This document shows positions 39,000 through 48,100 of a DNA stretch of 64,000 bases, piece by piece. Both the position numbers and the translations under genes were made by a program. The stretch's first letter is position 1; each line of letters opens with the position of its first letter. The stretch spans positions 1 through 64,000 of the forward strand of contig CAZCRK010000002.1 of NCBI GenBank assembly GCA_964501035.1, given 5' to 3'. The notes below the pieces were generated by a model. It was not told the DNA's origin and ran no database searches. It saw nothing but the letters and a program-made list of their open reading frames with translations.

Positions 39000-40130
39000 A
39001 TGAATAAATTTCTGCTTATAATTTTGGTTCTTTTGTTGGGGTGTAATCAAGAAATTGATAATAACAATGTTGTGTATGTTGCAGACCAAATGAATGATGA
39101 AGTCGTTATTGTAAATCAAATTACAGGAAGTATTGTTGAAACAGTTAATATTGACGATGATTTACAAGACTATCCAGACGAAGTGGACCATACCCCTCAT
39201 TTTATAGTTATAGATAATACAAATAAATACTGGTTTGTAACATGTATTTCAAGTGGTCTTGTATTGCAATATTCAATCGAAACCAATTCACTTATCGATG
39301 TGATTGAAGTGGGGGACTCTCCTGCTTTAATGGCTGTTGATGAATTACGTCAGATTTTGTATGTATCACGTATGATGCCTATGGGAGATATTGGTGCAAT
39401 TTCAAATCATATCCAATCAATTGAATATAACTCCACTGGTTTTTCGGATAATACTCACGTGTTTGATTTAGATTCCCCAGCTCCACACGGCATAGCTATT
39501 TCTGATGATGGAATTGAAATATTTACAACAAGTAATACAGCAGATTGGCTTTATAAAATAAATACAATAACTCACGAAATAATTGATACTTCACTTGGGG
39601 TTAATTTTCAACCAGATTTTGCAATAAAAAGATTAAAACCTATTCAATGTGTAACCCTACCTAATAATAAATTGGTTGTGAGTTGTTCTGCAGGGCTATA
39701 TCAGAATTTTTACACAGGAGAATCCGAAGAAATAATGGGGCAGATTCAATTATGGGATACAGATACCATGTCACTTTTAGATACGCTTCAATTTGACTGG
39801 AATTCCAGTCCATGGCATATTCAGAAAAATTCATTTGGCGATAAAGTATATATTGCGCTCTCTGGTGATAATTTATATGATGGGAGTGCTGGTGTGGCAT
39901 CAGTTTTTGTAAACGGTGATTCTTTGAATTTAGATTGGATAGTGAATGACAATAGTTTTCAAGGGTTGCATGGTATTGATATCTCCCAAGATGACGAAAC
40001 CATATTTGTATCTGGGAGAAGCGATGGTTACCTACATATTATCGATGCACACAATGGTGAGCTGTTAAGTTCAATTCCAATTTCTCCGACAATGCCAATG
40101 TTAGGTGGTATAGCAACAGTAAGTAAATAA
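39000..40130 (+). CDS. YncE/YVTN-like beta-propeller lipoprotein
   Basis: Lipobox LLGC; repeated blades (VGDSPA, PHGIAIS.DG, HGIDIS.D). Confidence 0.8.
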   Translation: MNKFLLIILVLLLGCNQEIDNNNVVYVADQMNDEVVIVNQITGSIVETVNIDDDLQDYPDEVDHTPHFIVIDNTNKYWFVTCISSGLVLQYSIETNSLIDVIEVGDSPALMAVDELRQILYVSRMMPMGDIGAISNHIQSIEYNSTGFSDNTHVFDLDSPAPHGIAISDDGIEIFTTSNTADWLYKINTITHEIIDTSLGVNFQPDFAIKRLKPIQCVTLPNNKLVVSCSAGLYQNFYTGESEEIMGQIQLWDTDTMSLLDTLQFDWNSSPWHIQKNSFGDKVYIALSGDNLYDGSAGVASVFVNGDSLNLDWIVNDNSFQGLHGIDISQDDETIFVSGRSDGYLHIIDAHNGELLSSIPISPTMPMLGGIATVSK

Positions 40131-41479
40131 TGATACGATTTATTTTATTTATAGTTCTAATATTCATAGGATGTGATTCAAATACGTCCAATGAAATCTC
40201 TTGGTCTGAAAAGCTATATACCTTAGATGCAAACGGACACGTTATTACCACTGAAATTGAAGTAGATGATTTTACTCCTGCAACTGAATGTAAAGAATGT
40301 CATGAAGAACATTATGATGAATGGCAACATTCAATGCATGCCTACGCAATGAAGGATCCCGTGTTTTTTTCTGGATGGAATGAAGAACAGACACATAGAC
40401 CAAATACAGGAGAACGGTTCTGTATTCAATGCCATTCACCGGTTGCATTTACAACAGGGACTGATTTGAGTGAATTTGAAACTCCTGAATCTGTTGCAAA
40501 CTCTAGTTTGCCTGAGAGTATTAAAGAGGGAATTGCATGTGATTATTGCCATAGTATAACAGGTTTATCTTCAACCGTTCATGCAATGGATGACATATCT
40601 GCAAATGCGGAGTTTCATTTATTCCCAGGTGAAAATATTAAATTTGGGTCTATTCAAAACCCGGAGCCCACTGCATTTCATGAATCAGAATATTTACCCA
40701 TTTATAAAGAGTCAGACATTTGTCTCCCGTGTCATGACATTACGGTACGTGGTGTGGAAGCTGAAATCACGTTTACTGAATGGAGTAGGATTAATTCACT
40801 TGCAATGAGTGGAGCATTTTCCTGCCAAGATTGTCATATGCTTGAAAAAGCTGATGGAACTCACGACCACAGTTTTGTTGGTGTAGATGTAGATTTAAGT
40901 CTAACCCCAGAAGAAAATCCGCAAATTGATCAAATTAACACTTTATTAGCGAGTGCGTTACAGCTTGACTTTAAATCTCTATCAAATTCCTTGGCAGATA
41001 CCATCTCAGTTGTTGATTCATTGACTATTCCGATTGAAGTTAAAAGTTTAACCGGACATAGCATTCCATCTGGAGTACCATTTGCACGAGAAATGTGGTG
41101 TGAAATTGAAGTTACAGATGAGAGTGGTGATGTAGTATTCTCAAATGGAAAGATTGAATTAAATTCAACCCCTTTAGATTATACTGACCCAGAGCTTTTA
41201 CTTTTTACGGCACACATGTTTGATGAAAATGAAGATACAACATTAGCCGTTACAGATGTACATAGAATGGAAAATTACTCACTTCCGGGAATGGGTGTTC
41301 GATATCATAATTACTATATTGAAATTCCAGAAAATTCAAATAGACTAACTATTACTGCAACAATGAACTTTAGACCATTCAAACCTGCTATTCTTCAAGG
41401 AGGTCATGAGGACTTATTATTAAATCTCCCCGTGTTTGAAATGACTACTATTTCAAAAGAAATTATCATCCAGGAATAA
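40130..41479 (+). CDS. pentaheme c-type cytochrome lipoprotein (c554-like N-terminus)
   Basis: Five CxxCH motifs (CKECH, CIQCH, CDYCH, CLPCH, CQDCH), W..SMHA, lipobox FIGC, C-terminal TGHSIPSG Ig-like domain. Confidence 0.9.
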   Translation: MIRFILFIVLIFIGCDSNTSNEISWSEKLYTLDANGHVITTEIEVDDFTPATECKECHEEHYDEWQHSMHAYAMKDPVFFSGWNEEQTHRPNTGERFCIQCHSPVAFTTGTDLSEFETPESVANSSLPESIKEGIACDYCHSITGLSSTVHAMDDISANAEFHLFPGENIKFGSIQNPEPTAFHESEYLPIYKESDICLPCHDITVRGVEAEITFTEWSRINSLAMSGAFSCQDCHMLEKADGTHDHSFVGVDVDLSLTPEENPQIDQINTLLASALQLDFKSLSNSLADTISVVDSLTIPIEVKSLTGHSIPSGVPFAREMWCEIEVTDESGDVVFSNGKIELNSTPLDYTDPELLLFTAHMFDENEDTTLAVTDVHRMENYSLPGMGVRYHNYYIEIPENSNRLTITATMNFRPFKPAILQGGHEDLLLNLPVFEMTTISKEIIIQE

Positions 41480-43428
41480 TGCCACTCTTTTTACTAGTTT
41501 TCTTGAATATTTCTCTTTTTGGGTTTACAATTGAATTTTCTACAAATCACCCCGAAATGATATTAAATGAAAATAGTGTTGAATACCCTTTTACTGGAGG
41601 GTTTAATACTCCCAAAATTCAATGGTTAGATTGGGATAATGATGAAGATTTAGATTTGTTTCTTCTCGATGAAGGTGGAACTATTCGATTGTATGAAAAT
41701 GTTGGAAATCTAAATAATCCCTCATTTCAATTATCCACACCATCCTTTCAGAATATCCAAAATATTCGATGGTTTTATTTTGCAGACTTCAATAACGATG
41801 AAAATTTAGATTTAATGATTCAAAATCCTGAATCAACCAGTCATATTTTAATGCTGGATAATGTATCTCAAAATTCTGAGGTGTTTACAGATATTATTAC
41901 CGATGAAGGAAATCCTGTACTAAGCGATGGTGTAATGACACCTACGTTTGTGGATATTGATGCAGATGGCGACCAAGATTTCTTTACGGGTAATATGTAT
42001 GGAACGGTAACTTTTTATGAAAATATTGGACAGAATAATATGACTCCGATATATCAATATATTTCTAATACATGGCAGGATATTTACATTGTGGGACCAT
42101 CACACACCCAACGACATGGAGCCAGTGCAATTCACTTTATTGATTTGGACAATGATGGTGATTTTGATTTATCATGGGGCGATTACTATCAGCAAAGTTT
42201 GTACATCATTTGGAATATTGGGACAGCATCACAGCCCCTTTTTGATATAGAAAATATTTTAAATCAATATCCCTTAAATGACCCTATTGTATCGGCTGGT
42301 CAAAATATGCCTACATTTGCAGATATTGATGGTGATAATGACAAAGATTTATTTATAACAGTGTTATCAGGTGCGTATGGATTCCAACTCACGAATAATT
42401 TTTATTTTTATGAGAATACAGGCGGAGCAACGAGTCCGTATTTTGAACTTCATACCCAGAATTATTTTGAAACGATTGATTTTTTCTCTGATGTAGCTCC
42501 CGAATTTGTAGATATTGATGCCGATGGTGATATGGATTTATTTATTGGTACTGCTTTTGATATGTCTGAAATCCCATGGACGGGACGGATTAAATTTTTT
42601 CGAAATATTGGCTCAAACACTACCCCTATGTTCAATCTTGAAGACACAGCATTTTTAGGAACGAATATTGGAAATAATTTAGTACCCGAATTTGTAGATA
42701 TTGATGCCGATAACGATATGGATGTGTTTATTGGTGATGCTAACGGTCATATTTGGTTTTATCGAAACCAGGGTGATGCATTTCAGTTTGATTTTCAATC
42801 TGAAGGATTGTTTGAGAATATTGATTTATCTGGATTTGCTGTGCCACGATTTCATGATATCGACAACGACGGTGATGTTGATTTGTTCATAGGAGAATTA
42901 ACGGGAAATATCCACTATTTTAATAATATGGGTACACCTGAAATGTATGATTTTGAATTTATAACCGACCAATTTCAAAACATACATGTGGAATATAAAT
43001 CAGCTCCTGATTTTATTGATTTGGATGCTGATGGTGATGCTGATTTACTCATTGGTAGTGGAAATAATAATGTAGTTATATATACAAATAATGCTCAACA
43101 ATTTGAACTAGATAACACTACAGAAATCCCATTTTTAGGACAAAATATCATACCTGCAACAACGTTGTTCGGTACAGAAAACAACCATCTGTTTACAGGG
43201 ATATCGACGGGGGGGATGTTTCATCTTAATATTTATTCATGCGAAAAAGGGGATGTTAACCAAGATAGTAGTATCAATGTGAATGATATTCTCATTATTG
43301 TCAATTTTATTATAAATGATATCCAGCCCACCCAATTAGAAAACTGTTCAGCTGATATGAATTTTGATAGTATCATCAATATTCTGGATATTATTGAAAT
43401 AGTACATCAAATAATTGTTAATTATTAA
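41479..43428 (+). CDS. FG-GAP/VCBS repeat protein with C-terminal dockerin
   Basis: Many P.F.DIDxDGDxDLF repeats; CEKGDVNQDSSINVND...ADMNFDSIINILD. Confidence 0.88.
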   Translation: MPLFLLVFLNISLFGFTIEFSTNHPEMILNENSVEYPFTGGFNTPKIQWLDWDNDEDLDLFLLDEGGTIRLYENVGNLNNPSFQLSTPSFQNIQNIRWFYFADFNNDENLDLMIQNPESTSHILMLDNVSQNSEVFTDIITDEGNPVLSDGVMTPTFVDIDADGDQDFFTGNMYGTVTFYENIGQNNMTPIYQYISNTWQDIYIVGPSHTQRHGASAIHFIDLDNDGDFDLSWGDYYQQSLYIIWNIGTASQPLFDIENILNQYPLNDPIVSAGQNMPTFADIDGDNDKDLFITVLSGAYGFQLTNNFYFYENTGGATSPYFELHTQNYFETIDFFSDVAPEFVDIDADGDMDLFIGTAFDMSEIPWTGRIKFFRNIGSNTTPMFNLEDTAFLGTNIGNNLVPEFVDIDADNDMDVFIGDANGHIWFYRNQGDAFQFDFQSEGLFENIDLSGFAVPRFHDIDNDGDVDLFIGELTGNIHYFNNMGTPEMYDFEFITDQFQNIHVEYKSAPDFIDLDADGDADLLIGSGNNNVVIYTNNAQQFELDNTTEIPFLGQNIIPATTLFGTENNHLFTGISTGGMFHLNIYSCEKGDVNQDSSINVNDILIIVNFIINDIQPTQLENCSADMNFDSIINILDIIEIVHQIIVNY

Positions 43429-43453
43429 TGTTTAATGATTAATGATCAGAATC

Positions 43454-43705
43454 ACTATTTTCTGAATTTTGATTTTATTTAAACAGAAATACTGTATTTA
43501 AGTAATAAATAGAAAGTTGAAAGTAAAAAGTTTATAAACCTTGCGAAGGTGCTGTGCTAACATATGTAGAAACCTTCGCAAGGTTTAGATTTTAATCCCT
43601 AGAACCCAGAATCCAGTTTTAACAATTACTATTATCTGAATTTTGATTTTATTTGAACAGAAATACTGTATTTAAGTAATAAATAGAAAGTTGAAAGTAA
43701 AAAGT
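43454..43705 (+). repeat. 78-bp direct repeat, two copies (43454-43531 and 43628-43705)
   Basis: Copies differ at two positions; both end in AAAGTTGAAAGTAAAAAGT. Confidence 0.9.
43535..43587. repeat. REP-like doublet (16-bp inverted repeat, each arm self-palindromic)
   Basis: TAAACCTTGCGAAGGT-N21-ACCTTCGCAAGGTTTA. Confidence 0.8.
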
Positions 43706-43711
43706 AAAAAA

Positions 43712-43792
43712 TACAAAGGAAAATTTTACTGATTTACATAGTTTATGCGAAGAGATATCCAAAATATTATCAGGCTTCATAAAACTTTATAA
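43712..43792 (+). pseudogene. C-terminal remnant of a four-helix-bundle (23S rRNA IVP-like) protein
   Basis: TKENFTDLHSLCEEISKILSGFIK matches the family's last helix; flanked by AAAGTTG / CAACTTT-type short repeats. Confidence 0.6.
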
Positions 43793-43893
43793 CTTTATGA
43801 ACTTTCAACTTGATAAACTTTTCACTTTTAACAGACCTAGAACCAATCGAAGGCCTCACTTTTCAAACTTCAAACTTCCCCATTCAAACTTCT

Positions 43894-43911
43894 CCTGAGC
43901 TTGTCGAAGGG
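43894..43911 (+). repeat. CCTGAGCTTGTCGAAGGG REP-type element
   Basis: Intact copy, with degenerate copies near 43836-43853 and 44947-44964. Confidence 0.65.
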
Positions 43912-44134
43912 CTTCCCCTTTCAAACTTCTTATTTCCTTCATTCAGACGAAAAAATAAAAAAGTTATGTCTTTTTTGTTGGCTTAACACTCATATATAGA
44001 TAGTGAGGAATCACTAGCTCAGTAAATCTAATTGATAATATGCCAAGGTTAAGGGTAAATTAAAGAGCAATTTTAAATGGGAAGTCTATGCGAGATTTCT
44101 CATAAACAACACCTAACCTGAACTGGAGATGTAG

Positions 44135-44422
44135 ATGAAATTCTTGACATTGATAATAAGTTTTCTATTAACTAATGGGTGTGCTATTTACAATACAGCT
44201 ACATCATGTAATGCTGAGTATAATCGTTATATAGACTGGAAAGAACACTTAGATAAAGCTGAAACAAATTATAACATACAAATTGAAGCTGGAAATTTAA
44301 CATCCGAACAAAAAAATGAGTTTGAACTTGATATTATTGATTTGCAGATAAATGTTAATGAATCCTTACTTGATTTTCAAGATTGTAAAATGAGATATAT
44401 ACAAGAAAATGAGTTATATTAA
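44135..44422 (+). CDS. hypothetical small lipoprotein
   Basis: GGAG RBS, signal peptide ending TNGC, helical body. Confidence 0.6.
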   Translation: MKFLTLIISFLLTNGCAIYNTATSCNAEYNRYIDWKEHLDKAETNYNIQIEAGNLTSEQKNEFELDIIDLQINVNESLLDFQDCKMRYIQENELY

Positions 44423-44443
44423 ATTGGAAGATTTGTATTAAAT

Positions 44444-44833
44444 ATGGCTGATATTTTAATCAAAGTTAAACGTGAATCTTGTTTTGGAATGCCACATGAA
44501 CTAAAACCAAAAATCATTGATATTGAGAGGACTGCAGACAATATATATTTTGCAAAGTTAACAAAATATAATTCAAACAACTTAAAAGAAACTTATAAAA
44601 ACGAACTCAAGAAATCTGATGTTGATAGCATACTTAAAGAACTTCAATCGATTACAATACCTGCATTCCCAAACCACTTTATGGGGGATGATGGTGGTTT
44701 TACAGAAATTATAGTAGGTGGGTATGCAGGAAAATCTTCATTTAGGTGGTGGTCTGGTACACCTAAAGGATGGGAGTGCTTAGATGAAATCACAAACAAA
44801 ATTGTAAAATTATCAGGATTCACATTTTATTAG
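44444..44833 (+). CDS. hypothetical protein
   Basis: 129-aa ORF with MGDDGG..EI and FRWWSGTPKGW.L motifs. Confidence 0.65.
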   Translation: MADILIKVKRESCFGMPHELKPKIIDIERTADNIYFAKLTKYNSNNLKETYKNELKKSDVDSILKELQSITIPAFPNHFMGDDGGFTEIIVGGYAGKSSFRWWSGTPKGWECLDEITNKIVKLSGFTFY

Positions 44834-45128
44834 ACTGTTACATCCACTTCTCTTACTCTTTTTTCTGTACCCAGTAAGGTTTGGAGTACATTTCCCTTCA
44901 AATATATTTTACTTTCAACTTTATAAACTTTTCACTTTTAACAGTTCCTAAACCAGTCGAAGGGTTTCCCCTTTCAAACTTCACCCTTCACCCTTCAAAC
45001 TTCCCACTTCACCCTTCGTTTGTAACAGTATGTAAAATGTGACCCATGCACATTGTAGGGATGTCATTCTATGTGTAATTTTTATCAACGCCCAATGGGG
45101 GTGTTTTTATCATTTTAAGGAGAACGAA

Positions 45129-48100
45129 GTGGCAACATTTACCAAATATTTATTATTTATTTTTATGACTGGGTTATATGCACATACTTGGGTCGGAATT
45201 CAATCTGATTACCCAACGAAAGCAGAACCCCAATTAGTTTCATCAAATATTGAACACAGTGTGATTGATTTTAGCATCGATGGATATAGTTTAATTCCTG
45301 TACATACTCAAAACGGAGATGCACATATTGTTCGATTAGATGGTGCTTCATCATTATTGGACTTGGGTGCACCCGATCTGGTAAAACTAACATCATCCGT
45401 TATAATTCCTGATAACGCAAATATGAAAATTTCTGTTATTTCCTCAGAATATCAAGACTATGAAAACGTAGAAATTGCACCTTCTAAAGGAAATTTATCA
45501 CGTAAAATAAATCCAAATGATGTTCCATTTATTTATGGAGATATGTATAATCAAGATGCCTTTTTCCCCGGAAAGCTTGCAGAATTACGTAAGCCATATA
45601 TTTTACGAGAACTTCGGGGGCAAACTGCTATTGTGTATCCATTTCAATATAATCCAATTTCAAAAGTACTTCGTGTATATACCCATATAACCATACAAAT
45701 TGAATCAGATGGACAAAACCCAGTTAATGCTTTTCAGCGGTCACAGAACTCAATCAAAGTCGATGCTGAATTTGCTTCGCTGTATGCAGAACAATTTGAA
45801 AACTATGATGAAATTCGCTATGAACAAGTGGGAGAAGAAGGGTCTATGCTCGTTGTCTGTTATGATGGATTTATGGATGCAATGCAACCATTTGTTGATT
45901 GGAAAAATATGAAAGGAATTCCAACAGAAATGGTGAGCTTGTCGAGTATTGGTGGATCGGAGTTTGATATAAAAAACCTCGCACAAGAACGGTATTTAAA
46001 CAATAATTTAGCATTTTTATTGTTGGTTGGAGATATCAATCAAATGCCATCATTAACCGTGGGTAGTTCAAAGTCAGATAATGCATTTGCCTATGTAGAG
46101 GGAAATGATTCCTATCCTGAATTCTTTGTGGGTCGGTTCTCAGCAGAAAGCATTGCTCATGTAAATACACAAGTGGAACGAACTATCAATTATGAACGAT
46201 ATCCAGATGCAACCGCAGACTGGTATCATAAAGGGCTTGGGATTGCATCGAACCAGGGACCAGGCGATGATAATGAATATGACAATGAACATATTGAGAA
46301 TATTCGTGAATTATTATTGGATTACAATTATACCGAAGTAGATGCACAATACGATTACTCAGGTTCAGTTACGGGTGGAATAAACACGATTAACGAAGGA
46401 GTAAGTGTTATAAATTATTGTGGACATGGATCCCTTACCGCGTGGGGGAATGGTGCACCTCTATCCAGTAATGATGTTAACAACCTTACCAATGTAAACA
46501 AACTACCTTTTGTTTGGTCTGTGGCATGTGATAATGGTGAATTTCATTTAGGTACTAGTTTTTCTGAAGCATGGTTACGTGCAACAGATAATGGTGAACC
46601 TACGGGTGCAATTGCAACACTTATGTCAACAATCAGTCAGTCTTGGGCGCCTCCTATGGATGGGCAAGATGAATTCAATGATATTTTAACTGAGTCCATT
46701 GAAAACAATATTAAACGTACGTTTGGCGGTATATCTATGAATGGGTGTATGCATATGAATGATAATTATGGTGGAGCAGGTGAGACAGAAACCGATTATT
46801 GGACTGTTTTTGGTGATCCATCTGTGGTTGTTCGAACAGACACACCAACACCAATGACCCTATCATATGATGAAAGCATTTTAATTGGTTCACAAGAATT
46901 TATTGTGGATGTCGGTTTCGATGGTGCATTAGTAGCGCTTTCTCAAAATGGGGAGTTAATTTCTTCTGCATATTCAGATGGTGGAATTGCTATATTAGAT
47001 TTAGCGGATTTTGCAAATACACCCAGTACGTGGAACTTAGTGGCAACTGCGTATAATAAGCTTCCTTATGAAACTGAGTTAAATGTTATTGCTCCTGACG
47101 GCCCTTATGTTGTGTTTGATGGGTTTATCATTTCCGATACAGACGCAAATGGACAAGCAGATTATAATGAAGATGTACATCTTTCGATTTCAGCTGTCAA
47201 TGTGGGTGTCGAATATGCCCAAGATGTTTGTGCCTATATTGAATCCAATGATGAATATGTTACCATATTAGAAGAAGGTGGATATTCCTGTTTTGGAAAT
47301 CTAATCGCAGGTGGAGAAAATGTATATAGTCAGAGTGATTATGTTATTAAATTGGCTGGAAATGTTCCAGATGGACATTTTATACCCATTGATATTACAT
47401 TTACATCAGGTAGTAATTCGTGGACCTCATCATTTACTTTAGAGGCACATGCACCTGTGTTTGAAGTAGCAAACCCAATTGTAATTGATGAAAATAATGA
47501 TGGTGTTTGGGATCCGGGTGAATCTGCGCAAATTCAAGTAGAACTCATTAACTCCGGTTCATCAGACTTCATGTATTATCCAAGTGCAAACATTTCAACA
47601 AGCAATTCAAATGTTACATTTTCAGTAGATTCTGAAACGTATTATGGAATCTTTGCTGGCGAAACTTATATTGCTGTATTTTCTGCAATAGCTGATTCTA
47701 ATACACCAACTGGTACGGAAGTAGAATTCACTATTGAATGGGGGGCTGGAATTAACAATGATTGGTGCTTAGATGCGTGTCCTGAGATTGCCATAGAAAC
47801 ATTCGGTGCTGTGATTGGTCATGCAACTATTTTAGTATGGGATGCATCTTCTGTGCATACGTCTGGTGATCGGTTGGTAGAGTACTTTGATTCTCATGGA
47901 ATTGGAGGATATGACTATATTACTTCCAATTCTATTCCGTCGGTAGAATTTTATAACACAGCTTTTGTGTTTTTAGGGATTTACTCTGATAATCATGTTT
48001 TAAGTGAAACCGAAGCAAGTAGCCTTGTGCAATTATTAACAAATGGTGGAAATGTCTATTTAGAAGGCGGTGATACATGGTATTTTGATGTAGCTACCAG

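Larger units (their letters stand above)
43801..44983 (+). repeat. ~72-bp imperfect direct repeats (43801-43872 and 44911-44983) flanking two ORFs
   Basis: ACTTTCAACTT.ATAAACTTTTCACTTTTAACAG (33/34 identical), then a degenerate CCTGAGCTTGTCGAAGG-type REP and CTTCAAA heptads. Confidence 0.8.

Noticed and set aside
38687..39007. 106-aa ORF as listed in the track
   Set aside because: Chimeric across the N-gap; its tail is a duplicate of the thioesterase C-terminus
40130..41479. NrfA nitrite reductase or hydroxylamine oxidoreductase
   Set aside because: All five sites are CxxCH with no CxxCK, and heme count and context do not fit
43454..43705. CRISPR array
   Set aside because: Only two 78-bp copies, too long for CRISPR repeats, and no cas genes
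44135..44833. Toxin-antitoxin or defence pair
   Set aside because: No recognisable toxin, antitoxin or nuclease motif; the first ORF looks like a lipoprotein
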